Assembly (NCBI RefSeq): GCF_004010195.1 | Contig: NC_057711.1 | Span: forward strand, 79,888,361-79,952,360 | DNA length: 64,000 bases | From: Chiloscyllium plagiosum | Taxonomy: Eukaryota | Direction of reading: 5' to 3' | Shown: in pieces, positions 38,846-51,193 of the stretch | Layout: the number at the start of each line of letters is the position of its first letter | How positions within the stretch are numbered: the first letter of the stretch is position 1 | Notes under the pieces: generated by a model | The model's input: only the letters and a program-made list of their open reading frames with translations | Told to the model about the DNA's origin: nothing | Database searches by the model: none | Program-made: the position numbers and the translations under genes

Positions 38846-41624
38846 ATTCAAAGCACAATGGTCTGAAGGTTATTGGATAAAAACAAAATGTGTTTTCCAT
38901 ATTTGTACAAGTGAGAGAAAAGATCAGAACATATTAACATTACCAAACCTTTCTTTTCTGACTAAATTGCTATGTTTCATCAATGTTGTATACAAATTAA
39001 ATAGGAACATAAAATTTTGAAGACTAATGTAACATTGTTTTAGCATAGTAATGTTGTTTGCAATCAATCGCATGAAAAACTTGTAAAATTAACTACAAAT
39101 GAACTACTGAAATCTTATTAGAATTCAGCAATTAACTGCTCAATCACAAAGATGTAACAAATGATTGATTAATCATGAGCCATAAATGTTTACATTTCAG
39201 TAACAAATTCTCAAAGATTAAATTGACTTATATTGCCAGATTTCAGAAGAGTCTAAATTCCTGGTATCCTCAGTATGATTTGTAATATTTATCATTGTTA
39301 GCTAAAATATTGCCATATATATAGATGACAAACACAATTTTTTAATTTTACCCAAATGTCTGTGTAAATTTAAACCAATGAGAGTTTCTGATATCAAAAT
39401 AAATGATATAATGAATCAAAATGACTCAATGGGCTTTTATGTAATTGAGCATGCTTTTGAAAATCAAACAAAATAATAGGATCTTAATGGAAATTTCTAG
39501 TTTCAGATATTCTGGTATTGCACTTACTGCACTCTTGAAGATTTTCAGTCTAGCCAGTGGTGAGATGCCTTTTCATCAGAACAATCAAGGAAAGAAAATT
39601 GGAAAAGTTGTTCAAACCTTCATTTTGGCTAGCATCCTCTCCTATATATCTGGATGTAAAGTGCAAGGCAACTGTAGCAGTATCTCCTAAGGATGTTTAT
39701 CAATACTGTTAAGCAAATTATGCAAGACTTCAATTTACAGATCCATTCTAAAGGAGCGTGTAATTTTTATTTGTGTAGGATAAAGTCAGAAGTCAGTCAT
39801 AAGGCACTGAATATTTTCCTTTAGCCTCATCACTAATAAATATATTCAGTTTCCAAAGCTTAACAGCCAAAGATTAATCAAATATTTAAGAAGCAATGAA
39901 TCTCTCAGAACTGCAAACATTGCATTAAATCATATGATTAGGGAAAATGATAGCTAAGCTATATACAAGTTAGCTGTCAAGAAAGAATCCCCAAATCCAG
40001 CATCACATTGCTTATTCAATATGTAATACAATATTCTCTGTTGCATTGTTTCCTATTATCACAAAACATATGGTTATTTTAAGTAGGATGTCAATAGCAA
40101 TTTGTAAATCCTACTGTCACGCAGAAAGACCTTATGAAAATATTTCGTAGCTGCACCAGATCTAACCTGTCAATATCTACTTCAAAAGAATCTGTAGCAG
40201 TCAGCCGCGATTTCTAGTCTCGTTTAGAAGAAAGTCTACAAAGAAATTTTGTCTATTGGGTTAATGAACAAAGTCTCAGGTCCCATTCCCAGTCAACAGC
40301 AGAAAGACTAGGCTCAACTATTTTTGTGGTTGATGCCTCCTAATGCTATCAGGACACCAAGCACAATTTTCTCTGAAATGTTCAAGACAGAGTTTTTTTT
40401 CAGAAATTGATTTTTTTTTTGTATAGGCTGAACATCATATTTGCAGGTCCATTTTCTGCAGTTTTGGTTACCTGTGGATTACAAGGAATGTTCCAGAACC
40501 AGGGACTGAGGGCTGCCAGGAAGGTAAATTTCCCATTTAAATGAACAGGTTAATGACTATCTGTGGTTTCAGGCTTCCACGATAGGTCTTGGAACATATC
40601 CCCCGCAGGTACGGGGTGGGGGGGGGGGGGGGGGCACGACTTTACTCCATGAGTTTGTTTGGTTCCAGCTTATTTGGTCACATGACAACTTTAAATTATA
40701 AATTTCAAGTAAAAATTGTCCAAACGTAAGGATTGACACAGTTCGACTAAATATCAAAAAGGTTTATTCTGTCCCACAATAACAATCTAGATGTACAATT
40801 TCCCAAGGTGCTTCACACAAGACCACTATAAACAAACTTGACACTGAGCCATACAAATTTTAAGACAGATGCCCAAATGTTTGCTCAAAGTGGTAGGTTT
40901 CAAAAGGGTGTATTAAAGACAGAGAGCAATATTATAAGGCAAAAAGGCTTAGGAATGGAATTCTGAATGTTATTATTCAGCAGCTGAAGGCATGACCACC
41001 ATGAAAGGTGAAGAAAATTGATCATGTACAAAAGATGCATGACATAGATAAAGTTAGTTGAATCCAAGCCACAGAGCTGTCTCCATTTGACTACAGTAGT
41101 AACAATGGTTTATATCTTATAATTAAACATTTGTCAGGTTTTGTGGACTGGCATGAATATGGTCCAATGTGATTAAATAGATTTGTTTGCTGGTAAGTTC
41201 ATAGTAACTTAATATTGGTAAAAAAAATCCTCCTAATTATGGATCTTTGCCTGCTGGTTCAGTGGGTTGCTACTACTAAGCATACACCATCCTGTTTTTT
41301 TATGTTTCAATTGTGGTTCAGTTGGTAACATTTCTTGATTCTGAATCAGAAGTTCAAAGCTTGGGAGAAGATTTGTAGCTCGGGTGCTCGTTGTTGTGGT
41401 TCTGTTCGCTGAGCTGGGAATTTGTGTTGCAGACATTTCATCCCCTGTCTAGGTGACACCCTCAGTGCTTGGGAGCCTCCTGTGAATCGCTTCCGTGATG
41501 TTTCCTCCGGCATTTATAATGATTTGTACCTACCGCTTCCGGTTGTCAGTTCCAGCTGTCTGCTGCAGTGGCCGATATATTGGGTCCAGGTCGATGTGCT
41601 TATTGATTGAATCTGTGGATGAGT

Positions 41625-42179
41625 GCCACACTACCACACATCAAAAACATTTCTGAACTGACAGTCAGACTACTGCGACCACTAGGACTCATAACAGCAC
41701 ACAAACCAACAGCCACTCTCAGACAACAACTCACCAGGACGAAGGACCCGATACCTAGAATGAGCAAAACCAATGTAGTGTACAAAATCCCATGCAAGGA
41801 CTGCACAAAACACAACATAGAGCAAACAGGAAGACAGCTAACGATCCGCATCCATGAACACCAACTAGCCACGAAACGACACAACCAGCTATCCTTAGTA
41901 GCCACACACGCAGATAGCAAGCAACATGAATTCGACTGGGACAATACTACTATAATAGGACAAGCCAAACAGAGAACAGCCAGGGAATTCCTAGAGGCAT
42001 GGCACTCATCCACAGATTCAATCAATAAGCACATCGACCTGGACCCAATATACCGGCCACTGCAGCGGACAGCTGGAACTGACAACCGGAAGCAGCAGGT
42101 ACAAATCATTATAAATGCCAGAGGAAACATCACAGAAGCGCTTCACAGGAGGCTCCCAAGCACTGAAGATGTCACCTAG
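41625..42179 (+). pseudogene. PLE GIY-YIG endonuclease domain fragment, open frame
   Basis: NVVYKIPCKDCTKHNIEQTGRQLTIRIHEH..S.VATH..HEFDW..REFLEAWH..SINK is the PLE GIY-YIG signature. The YIG motif is mutated to NIE and the RT is absent. Confidence 0.9.
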
Positions 42180-42199
42180 ACAGGGGACGAAACGTCTGC
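42160..42199 (+). ncRNA. Minimal hammerhead ribozyme in the Penelope pLTR, intact core
   Basis: gca-CTGAAGA-t-GTCACCT agac AGGGGAC-GAAA-cg-TC-tgc: stem I gca/tgc, palindromic ACGU, GUC triplet with predicted cleavage after 42196. Confidence 0.8.
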
Positions 42200-43724
42200 A
42201 ACACAAATTCTGAATCAGAAGGTTGAGCATTTAAATCCCTTTCCAAGACTTGAGCACAAAACTCCAGGCTGATATTCCAATGCTTTCCTGAGGGAGTGCT
42301 GCATTTTCTGATGTATCATCTCTGATTAGCATGTCAAAACAAAGCCTTGTCAAATAGCTATAAAAGTCCTTTCTTTTGAAAAGGAACAGTCGTTTCAACC
42401 CTGGTGTTCTGACCAATACCTCTCCTTGAATTGACAACACAAAAACTGGAAATTTTGCTGTGTGCAAATTGACTGTCATGTCTCCTACAACACAACAGTG
42501 ACTGCACTTCAAAACTATCTCATTAGCTGGATGTTTGGAAGAGCCTGGTACTGTGATTGATGCTATATAAATGCAAGTGTTTCTTTGCTTCATTCTTTGT
42601 ATCCAAATCAAGAGAAATTATTTTTATTTGAGCTTTCTAAGAGCTGTATTTCTGCTACATATTTCACATACACACCTTTCCAGTACAATTACTTACTGTA
42701 TAGGTTTTTATTAAGTCCAATTGGATGCTTCTTCGTAATTTAAAATCCCTAAATTTTAAGCAATTTCTCACAAATTGTCTTGCCGCCTATAGAATCTTTG
42801 GGTACATGTCTCTCAACGTTGCGACATTAGCTGTGAAATACAACTGAGAGCACTACTGAGTCTTTTTAGATACACTGATCCTTTGTCTAGAGAGCACAGG
42901 GCAGACTACAATACATATAAATATTTAGAGTATGAATATGTAACTCTCTCATGCATAATGCAGGCAAGTTGACAGATCTGGAATAGGCACTTGTAGGAGA
43001 AGATAATAAAGCACTTAGAAAGACGAAAGAAGTAGGGGTTGAGTACTGTCAATGTCTGAAAGTGTTACAGGCTATAATTAGACAGTGCAGAAGTGTTCGA
43101 GGAGTTAAGACAGGTTACAACAACAGGCTTTGCAGAAGGATGACAACAAGTCCTTAGGGTAGACTGTGACAAGATGAAAGGTTTGAATAGGTTCCTGGTA
43201 ATTTCCTTTTCAATAAAAATTTACATGAAAAATGCAGGCTGAATTTCTGTAGCAGTCACACTTCAAAGAGCATAAAAGCTCTTTTCCAACACTTTGAATG
43301 AGGAGTGAAGAACATTTTGCCGAATACTGACATTTGCCACAGAAGATGTTAATTGCATTTACTTTACTGATAAAACTGAATACGTTTTCACTGATGTTAT
43401 ATAATTGCATCTATACTTCTTCATAGGTTAAGAATCCCCCACTATAAATAAACTATTATATATCATTTGATAGTAAAGAACTTGAATATTGCTGAAAAGG
43501 TAGACATGATGCTTTTGCACTAATCAGGACAAATGCAAGAATACCAGTTTCAACAACCTGAACAATATATATGACAGAAGAAAAGGGTACTGAATGCTTA
43601 GCAAGTTGGTTTTGACTGGCCTAGGCACTTCCTTGGAGAAAGCAACAGGGGACCCTATATGCTCCACAAGCTCCTTGATAATACAAAAAGGACACAAAAT
43701 GTGAACATTTTACTTTTCACAGAA

Positions 43725-44045
43725 TTTCTGTGCTATGGAAGCAGGTCATTCAGCCCATTGAGTCCACATAAATTCTAACGAAGAGCATCCTACCCAAACC
43801 CACCATATCTGTGTAACCCTGTATTTTACATGGCTAATCCACCTAACCTGCACACCTCTGGACACTATGGGTAATTTAGTATGGCCAATCCACCTAGCCT
43901 GCGCATTTTTGGACTGTGGGAGGAAACCCCCTTAGGCATGTGGAGAATGTACAAACTCCATGCAGGCCATCATCCAAGGGCGAAATCAAACCCAGGTCCT
44001 AGGCATTGTGAGGCAGCAGTGCTAACCACTGAACCACCGTGTTGT
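43725..44045 (-). mobile_element. HE1-type V-SINE
   Basis: gaggcagcagtgctaaccactgaaccacc head and V-domain remnants. Confidence 0.8.
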
Positions 44046-45519
44046 TTGATGGGAATGTGTCCCAGTGTGCAAATGGATGCCACTTCTAGCAAATATCAAT
44101 GAGCCACATTATGAACTCATCATTGAAAAATGTACATTCATAGACTTATTTAATCCTTTGGTCATAACCATTCTTGTATTTTAAAAACAAATTGATCCTT
44201 GTCATTTGCATCATGGTCCTGTTCCTTTCTTAGATTCACTCCAAAGCATCTATATTTACTGACTAAACAGTGATATCTTGTGAATATGTAAACAAAACAA
44301 AATAGAAAGTACTTAAAATCCATCATTCAGATCAGTCTAATGGTGTTCAGATGAAGAAGAAAGTGAGGGATAAATAATAATTGTAAATGAAACAGTAAGA
44401 AATAGAATTGTCCAGCAGGTTAGATAGTATTTCAATGACAAGGATAGGTTAACATTCAGATATATTGATACAAATACATCATAAATCTGTAGAAAGGAAC
44501 CTAAGCATTAACTAGTAAAGAGAAATATTCAATGATTTCTTCTTTTCCCTTCAGGGGACGTAAAGTCATTGGTGCATTCCAAAAAGTACAGAGAGTTGCA
44601 ACAATTATCATTTCCAAACACTGTACTATTAAGACAGGTGAAGGGAACTTGAATAATTCCCTTCAGGAAGAGAAAATGTCAGATGAATGATGATTCTGCT
44701 TTTTAGAAGTGATTTAATGGATAGTCCTAATATGACTTGACTGTAGTATCTAGTAGTGAATTATATCTTGTCATATTCATACATAACCATGATCTCCACT
44801 ATCATGTTACCACTCCTGGGGTCAGTGCTATTTTAAAAACCTCCTTCCTCCTCTTTTTCAGGGAATGCAATATATAAGCTTAGAAGTTATATTCAGCAGT
44901 AAAATGCGATGAGCTAGAGGAGATAGCTGAAGTCATGATCGGAGAGCGAGTAGGCTTTTGATGATGGAGTAGCAAGACACAGAGATTTTAGGGAAGGCAT
45001 TCTGGAGTAGCCAAAGCTGAAAGCTCTGTGATGTAAAGGATACAACTAAGGCCTATGTCAAATGAGGGAAGGGCGATAGCCTTTGTTCATTGGTTACTTT
45101 GGCATAATGGATGTTTGTTGGTTTAGTTGGCTGGACAGCTGATTTGTGACAGAGAGTGATGCCAATAACACAGTTTTAATTCCTGTAATGATTGCTGTCA
45201 CCATGAAGGTCATATTTTGTCAATTGAAGACATGGTGACCAAGATTAAACTCACCATCAATTGTAGTTTCTCCAATGAGAGAGAGCAACCAGTCATCCCC
45301 TGAGGCTTGGCAACTGTCATTATCCATGTTATTATCTCATTCCACAACTGCGTATATGCCCTTAACTTGCATATTAATCTTGGGGAAAGGCAGGTGATGT
45401 AGGAGCTAATGGATGTGACTTTGGATTCTGAAATTAGTCTTCTGGCAGGTGCATAGTCAGTAAAGATGTGTGACAATACAATTAATAGGAGAGCAAAGTT
45501 TTGGGAGGAGGCATTGGTA

Positions 45520-45739
45520 TACAGTTGGTCTGCTATTACATGCATTTCTTTAACGCAAAATTGCTGTAATGCGATTGACAGATTGGAGATTCTGTTTCTA
45601 AAGCATGAACTTTTAAATCATGTGTTGGCTGCAACGTGATTGTGTTGCCTATCCTTAAAGCACTGTTTCTAAAGTGCAATTTTTCTATGATGCGAGGTTG
45701 CACAAGAAAGCAACTATTGCATTATTGAGGAACTATCTG
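45520..45739. mobile_element. Old Tc1/mariner (Tigger-like) MITE
   Basis: ta-cagttggtctgctatt ... attattgaggaactatctg, degenerate inverted termini. Confidence 0.4.
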
Positions 45740-45970
45740 CAGTAGTATTATCACTGGACTAGTAATCCAGACTCTCAGACAATGTTCTGGGGACCTGGGT
45801 TTGAACCCACTTGAGTGGTTGTTGGAATTTGAATTGAGAATATGTCTGGAATTTAAAAGTCTACTGATGACCGTGAGCCATTGTTGATTGTCTGGAAAAT
45901 TCCAACTGGTTTGCTAATGCCCTTTAGGGAGGCGAACTGCTGTCCTTACCTGGTCTGGCCTTCATGTGAA
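45740..45970 (+). mobile_element. tRNA-derived SINE (second family)
   Basis: Homologous to 30840-31075. Confidence 0.7.
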
Positions 45971-45979
45971 GTGATTCCA

Positions 45980-46380
45980 CAACAAACAGATCATATCGAA
46001 GCTCTGCAGTCCTGCCACATCTGTTCATGAATAGTCATTGGAGGATGAAGCTCCACAAATATCTTCATCCCCAATGATGGGGGAGCCCCATCATTGCAAA
46101 AGATAGCATTTGCAACAATCTTTAGTTAAAACTGCTGAGTGGGTGATCCATCTTGGCCTCCTCCAGAGATACCTTGCATCACAAATACCAGTCTTCAGCC
46201 AATTCAATCCACTCCAAGTGATAGCAAGAAATGGTTGGTGGCACTGGATACTACAAAGGCTATGGGCCAGAGACAACACTCTGGCAATAGTACTCAATAA
46301 TAGTCCTCCAGAACTTGCTGCATCCCTTGCTTAGATGTTCTGGTACAGCGACAACACTGACATCTACCTGACAATGTGCT
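45980..46380 (+). mobile_element. Decayed LINE ORF2 fragment (L2/CR1 group)
   Basis: LDTTKAMGPDNTLAIVL..PELAASLA tether-region motif. Confidence 0.6.
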
Positions 46381-46429
46381 CTCATATCCCAGCCTGACTT
46401 TGTAATCAAGCCGCTGTTGTTGTCTGGTG

Positions 46430-48075
46430 GACTGAATTCAACATTGCGGACGGTGACCACCAGCTCTCAGATACCTCCTCTTATCTCTTCCAGACCATGA
46501 CCCCCCCATTGAACATCAGGTTTAGCGTGTCCACAACACTCACTAATCTAATTTTATCTGGTGATCTCCATAAGCTTCCAAGCTCGTAGACCCCAGCCCT
46601 GTGCAGCTTGCTTCTACCTCCTTCCCAAGCTCCACAACAGGACTGTCCAGGTAGATGCATTGTTTCTTCCTGCTCCTGTCATATGGAACTCATTTCTTCC
46701 TACCTCAAGTGTATTTTTCTCTCCCCTTGTCCAGTCCCTCCCCACTTCCATCAATGATTCTTCAGATGCTTTACGTCAGTTTCAGGATTTCCAGTTTGCG
46801 GGCGTCACCTGTCTCCTCTTCACCATGGATATGCAATCCATTTACACATCCATTCCCCCATCAGAATGGTCTCAGGGCTCTCTGCTACTTCCTGGAACAA
46901 AATGCCTGAAAGGTCCCCATCCAGCACCATCCTCGTCTGCTTAGCCAAGCTCATCCTCACTTTGACCGAATTCTACTCTAACTCTGCTTGCTTTCTTCAG
47001 ATCAAAGGTGAGGCCGTGAGTGCCTGCAAGGCCCAGTTATTCCTGTCTCTTTGTGAGGTATATTCCTTGATCCTGTCCTGTTCTGGCCCCCATTCTCTAG
47101 TGCATCAATAACACCATTTGTGCTGTTTCTCTCTGATCTTGATTGGAAAGGTTGACCTGTTTGCTTCCAATTTCCACCTTCAGCTAGTCCACCTCTGACT
47201 CCTCCCTTCCCTTCCTCGACATCTTTGCTTCCATTTCCAGAAATAGGCTGGCCATCAATATCCAGTACAAACTCACTGGCTACCACAGTTACCTTGACTA
47301 TACATTCTCATACTCTGCCTCCTGTAAAGACTTGAATCCATTCTCCCAGTTTGTCTGTGAAGTCCTGATGAAGGGTCCTACTTGAAACATTGACTCTCCT
47401 GCTCCTCTGACCTGCTCCTTGATCAGCTCTACATTTTATCGAATCACAGTTCGTCTGTCTCTGCCACATTTGTTCTAATGATGCCACCTTCCACAGGGGG
47501 CCTCAGAATAGCCACCTTTTTCCTCAATGCAGGATTCCCCACCACCATGGCTGACAGGGTCTTCAGCCATGTTCAACCCATTTCCCCTCAACCCTCACCT
47601 CCCACAACAGCAATAAGGTACCCCAGTCCTCACTTATCTCCCCACCAACATCCACATCCAAAGGATCATTAGCCAACATTTCCAACATGTCCAATGGGAT
47701 GCCATCACCAGACCCATATTCTCCTCCCCTCCCTTGTCAGTCTTTTGCAAGGATCATTCCCTCTGGTACACCAAGGCCGACGACTCCTCCACTCCCAACA
47801 TCTCCCCACACCCTTAGGGCACAATCCCATGCAGAAGGTGTACCAACTACATGTTTACCTCCTTCCTATTCACCATCAAAAGCCTCAGATACACATTCCA
47901 GGTGAAGCAGTGATTTACCTGCACTTCATGGAATCTTGGGCTTGCTGCAGTTCTCCAATGAGGTTCAGCGGAACCTGGAAGAACAATAACTCATTGTCCA
48001 CTTTGGGACCCTGCATCCTTCTGGACTCAATATTGAGTTGACTAATTTTAAGGCCTGACCACCTTTTCCCATGTC
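46430..48075 (+). mobile_element. Decayed PLE RT and endonuclease region
   Basis: ACFYLLPKLH, LLFTMDMQSIYTSIP, FLQIKGEAV and downstream LG.L.P.GLN-like remnants. Confidence 0.82.
47359..47446 (+). mobile_element. 88-bp hammerhead-bearing PLE tail inserted in the PLE RT
   Basis: TSD cagtt(t/c)gtctgt at 47347-47358 and 47447-47458; agtc-CTGATGA-agggtcctactt-GAAA-ca-tt-gact (decayed). Confidence 0.7.
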
Positions 48076-48146
48076 CTTATCCCAACCCTACATCCCAAGC
48101 TTTGTTATCACATTTAGACAAGCAGGAGGCTGGAAGAAGACAGCAA

Positions 48147-49001
48147 GGGAATTTGTGTTGCAGACATTTCGTCCCCCATCTAGGTGACATCTTCAGTGCT
48201 TGGGAGCCTCCTGTGAAGCGCTTCTGTGATCTTTCCTCCGGCATTTGTAGTGGTTTGAATCTGCCGCTTCCGGTTGTCAGTTCCAGCTGTCTGCTGCAGT
48301 GGTCAGTATATTGGGTCCAGGTCGATGTGCTTATTGATTGAATCTGTGGATGAGTGCCATGCCTCAAGGAATTCCCTGGCTGTTCTCTGTTTGACTTGTC
48401 CTATAATAGTAGTGTTGTCCCAGTCGAATTTATGTTGCTTGTCATCTGCGTGTGTGGCTACTAAGGATAACTGGTCGTGTCGTTTCGTGGCTAGTTGGTG
48501 TTCATGGATGCGGATCGTTAGCTGTCTTCCTGTTTGTCCTACTACATAGGACAAACAGGAAGACAGCTAACGATCCGCATCCATGAACACCAACTAGCCA
48601 CGAAACGACACAACCAGCTATCCTTAGTAGCCACACACGCAGATAGCAAGCAACATGAATTTGACTGGGACAACACTACTATAATAGGACAAGCCAAACA
48701 GAGAACAGCCAGGGAATTCCTAGAGGCATGGTACTCATCCACAGATTCAATCAATAAGCACATCGACCTGGACCCAATATACTGACCACTGCAGCAGACA
48801 GCTGGAACTGACAACCGGAAGCGGCAGATTCAAACCACTACAAATGCCGGAGGAAAGATCACAGAAGTGCTTCACAGGAGGCTCCCAATCACTGAGGATG
48901 TCACCTAGACGGGGGACGAAACGTCTGCAACACAAATTCCCAGCTCGGCGAACAGAACCACAACAACGAGCACCGGAGGTACAAATCTTCTCACAAACTT
49001 T
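48147..49001. mobile_element. Palindromic Penelope insertion: 395-bp arms, 5-nt loop, ~15-bp TSD
   Basis: 48147-48541 is the near reverse complement of 48547-48941 with loop ctaca; TSD gaagaa(g/c)acagcaag at 48133-48147 and 49002-49016. Both arms encode GQTGRQLTIRIHEH..SINK. Confidence 0.95.
48889..48928 (+). ncRNA. Minimal hammerhead motif with intact core; mirrored copy at ~48160-48199 on the minus strand
   Basis: tca-CTGAGGA-t-GTCACCT agac GGGGGAC-GAAA-cg-TC-tgc. The minus copy has CTGAAGA and ACGU>AUGU. Confidence 0.72.
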
Positions 49002-49044
49002 GAAGAACACAGCAAGCCAGGCATCATCAGGAGGTGGAGAGGTC

Positions 49045-49490
49045 AGCCGACAAAGAGGCACAAGTAGCTGGGGCCCAACCAAATGCTCATGGCCACCCCC
49101 TGAAATTGGAAGAAATGGGAGGAGTTAAATGAAAAGTTATTAAGGGTGAGGACTAGTTTGGTGAGGTGGAGGAGTGTATTGGTGGAGGGGGACTGGATGA
49201 GTCTGTTGGAGAGGAAGAAGCTGAGAGCCTGAAGGCGTATGGACATGTATAAGGACTGTACGACCATAGTGAAGATAAAGCACTGGGGGCCCTGGGAACT
49301 GGAAGTTACTGAAGAGGTGGAGGGTGTGGTTGGTGTCACAGATGTAGGTGGGAAGTGCCTGAACTAAGGGGAAGTCGATAGAGTCGAGATGGGACGAGAT
49401 GAGTTCGGTGGGGCAGGAGCATGTGGAGATGATGGGTCAGCTAGGGTAGTTAGGTTTGTGGATTTTAGGGAGCAGGTAGAACCTGTCATC
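49045..49490 (-). mobile_element. Decayed PLE RT fragment
   Basis: FIFTMVVQSLYMSI, LVLTLNNFSFNSSHFFQFQGVAM..GPSYLCLFVG; FYLLPKIHKP. Confidence 0.85.
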
Positions 49491-49509
49491 ACATGAGTTG
49501 CTATTTTCA

Positions 49510-50270
49510 TGATGTGGAGGTGCTGGTGTTGGACTGGGGTGGACAAAGTTAAAAATCACACAACACCAGGTTATAGTCCAACAGGTTTATTTGGAAGTAC
49601 TAGCTTTCAGACAGCTCCTCCTTCATCACGTAACTAGTGGGCAGGATCATAAGACACAGAATTTATAGCAAAAGATCACAGTGTCATTCAATTAAAATGA
49701 TATATTGAGCAAGCCTAGATTGCTGCTACATCTTTCATCTTTTAGAATGGGTTGCAGGTTTTCATTCATTAATATATAAATCCCAGAACTTCTTTTAAGT
49801 CACATTATTGAGATAACTTAAGGTTTTATATAAAAAAAGTGACATCTCAGCTCAGGTAATATATTAAACGTGTGAGGTTAGAGTCTGTCTGTATCCCAAT
49901 CAAGAGTCAGACTGGTTCTATTTCCAAAGTAATTTATAAAATGTGATATGGATTGGCTGCCTGCAGATTGTGTGCTCTTTGAGCAAAAACAGAATTTTCT
50001 GCAAATGCAAATTCACCCCATAGACTTATATGTGTGTGTGTACGTGTGAGGGAGAGAGAGAAAGTACGTGTGTGTGAATGTGAGTGTGGGGGTGAATGTG
50101 TCTGAGAGAAATTGTATGTGTATGAGAAAGGGTCTGCATGAGTGTGTGAGTATGTAAGAGTGCGTGTATGATCCTGCCCCACTAGTTACCTAATGAAGAA
50201 GCAGTGCTCTGAAAGCTAGTACTTCCAAATAAACCTGTTGGATTATAATCTGGTGTTATGTGATTTTTAA
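49510..50270. mobile_element. 761-bp PLE pLTR derivative (AGCU family) with ~103-bp inverted arms and 10-bp TSD
   Basis: TSD gctattttca at 49500-49509 and 50271-50280; arms 49549-49651 / 50167-50270; internal GT-rich tract 50030-50165; both hammerhead copies mutated. Confidence 0.85.
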
Positions 50271-50289
50271 GCTATTTTCACCAAGTGAG

Positions 50290-50560
50290 GATTCCCATGA
50301 TCAACTTTTCTTTCTCCCTGGCTCACCATCATCCATTATGTTGTCTGCCCAACTGCTGTTCTCTCTTTCTGGGGTCCATCTCCTCCTATCATTCACTCCC
50401 TCCCCCCTCCCTGCCCACCCACGGTCTTCAGTATATGTACCATCTCTTCCTATCTACCATCAATTCTGAAGAAAAGTCACAGGATCCGAACAGTTACTCT
50501 GTTTTCTCTCCACAGATGCTGCCGGACCTGCTGAATTTCTCCAACAATTTCAATTTTTCT
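50290..50560 (+). mobile_element. Old PLE 3' end
   Basis: Pyrimidine-rich UTR, ttCTGAAGAaaagtcacaggatccGAAc, then ctctccacagatgctgccggacctgctga. Confidence 0.6.
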
Positions 50561-51193
50561 TCCATTCCCACAAACGTTAGATTGAATAAGATTCTTCGTA
50601 ATCCATTTTGTTGTGGGTAATATAGAGTAGCTACATGGAACAGGGGATGGTAGAACAGAGATTTGTTTGTTAATGGTGCTCTGTAGTATAATTTGACCCC
50701 ATACTTATAAAAGATGTCATCAATGAACATCACGTAGATGTGAAAGAGGAGGCCAAGACTGCCCAAAAAAGCCAGATTTAATTAAATTGTTGAGGCAGGA
50801 CTGAAGTGGGACTTTTGGAGCTGAACAGCTATTATGTGGTTAACATGATTCTTGGATGCTAAGTTCACAAAGTGCAAAAGCAACAAAGTGACTTCATTGC
50901 AAACATGTGAGTCACACGGTTTTTACCAGTAAACAATGTCACAAACACATTCCCTGTGGACGTCCTGCTGAATAATTGGTGCTTAGGGCCCATTTTGACC
51001 CTGCTGGCCTGTCCTGGGCAGTCATTCGATGGTATGATATTATTTCTACAACTGAAAACAACGCATTCCATCAAGGCGATGTATCCTTGGTTCCCAAGCT
51101 GATCTTAAACTATTTTCTCTCCTTCTGTGGCAGAGATAAATTGATATTGTCTGGGGCCATTTGGTTGTGAAAATGGCCTCCTCAATTTCTCAG

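Larger units (their letters stand above)
41353..42206 (+). mobile_element. 5'-truncated Penelope-like element with inverted pLTR and 15-bp TSD
   Basis: TSD attctgaatcagaag at 41338-41352 and 42207-42221; 211-bp inverted arms 41418-41628 / 42000-42210. Confidence 0.93.
41312..42580 (+). mobile_element. Deu-domain SINE (SacSINE1-like) split by a Penelope insertion
   Basis: tRNA head tgtggttcagttggtaaca..ctgaatcagaag resumes at 42222 with gttgagcatttaaatccc..gacttgagcacaaaactccaggctga..gagggagtgctgca; tail gctatataaatgcaagt. Confidence 0.75.

Noticed and set aside
40585..40641. Poly-G tract as a regulatory G4
   Set aside because: Appears to sit in a decayed Tigger-like terminal repeat, and homopolymer length is unreliable.
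41600..42133. 177-aa minus-strand ORF and similar ORFs at 48274 and 48542
   Set aside because: Antisense shadows of the Penelope GIY-YIG frame.
44540..44720. Exon-like stretch (ttcccttcag|...acag|gtgaag) with an open frame
   Set aside because: The translation AFQKVQRVATIIIS resembles CR1 ALERVQRRATRMIP, so it is better explained as an ancient LINE.
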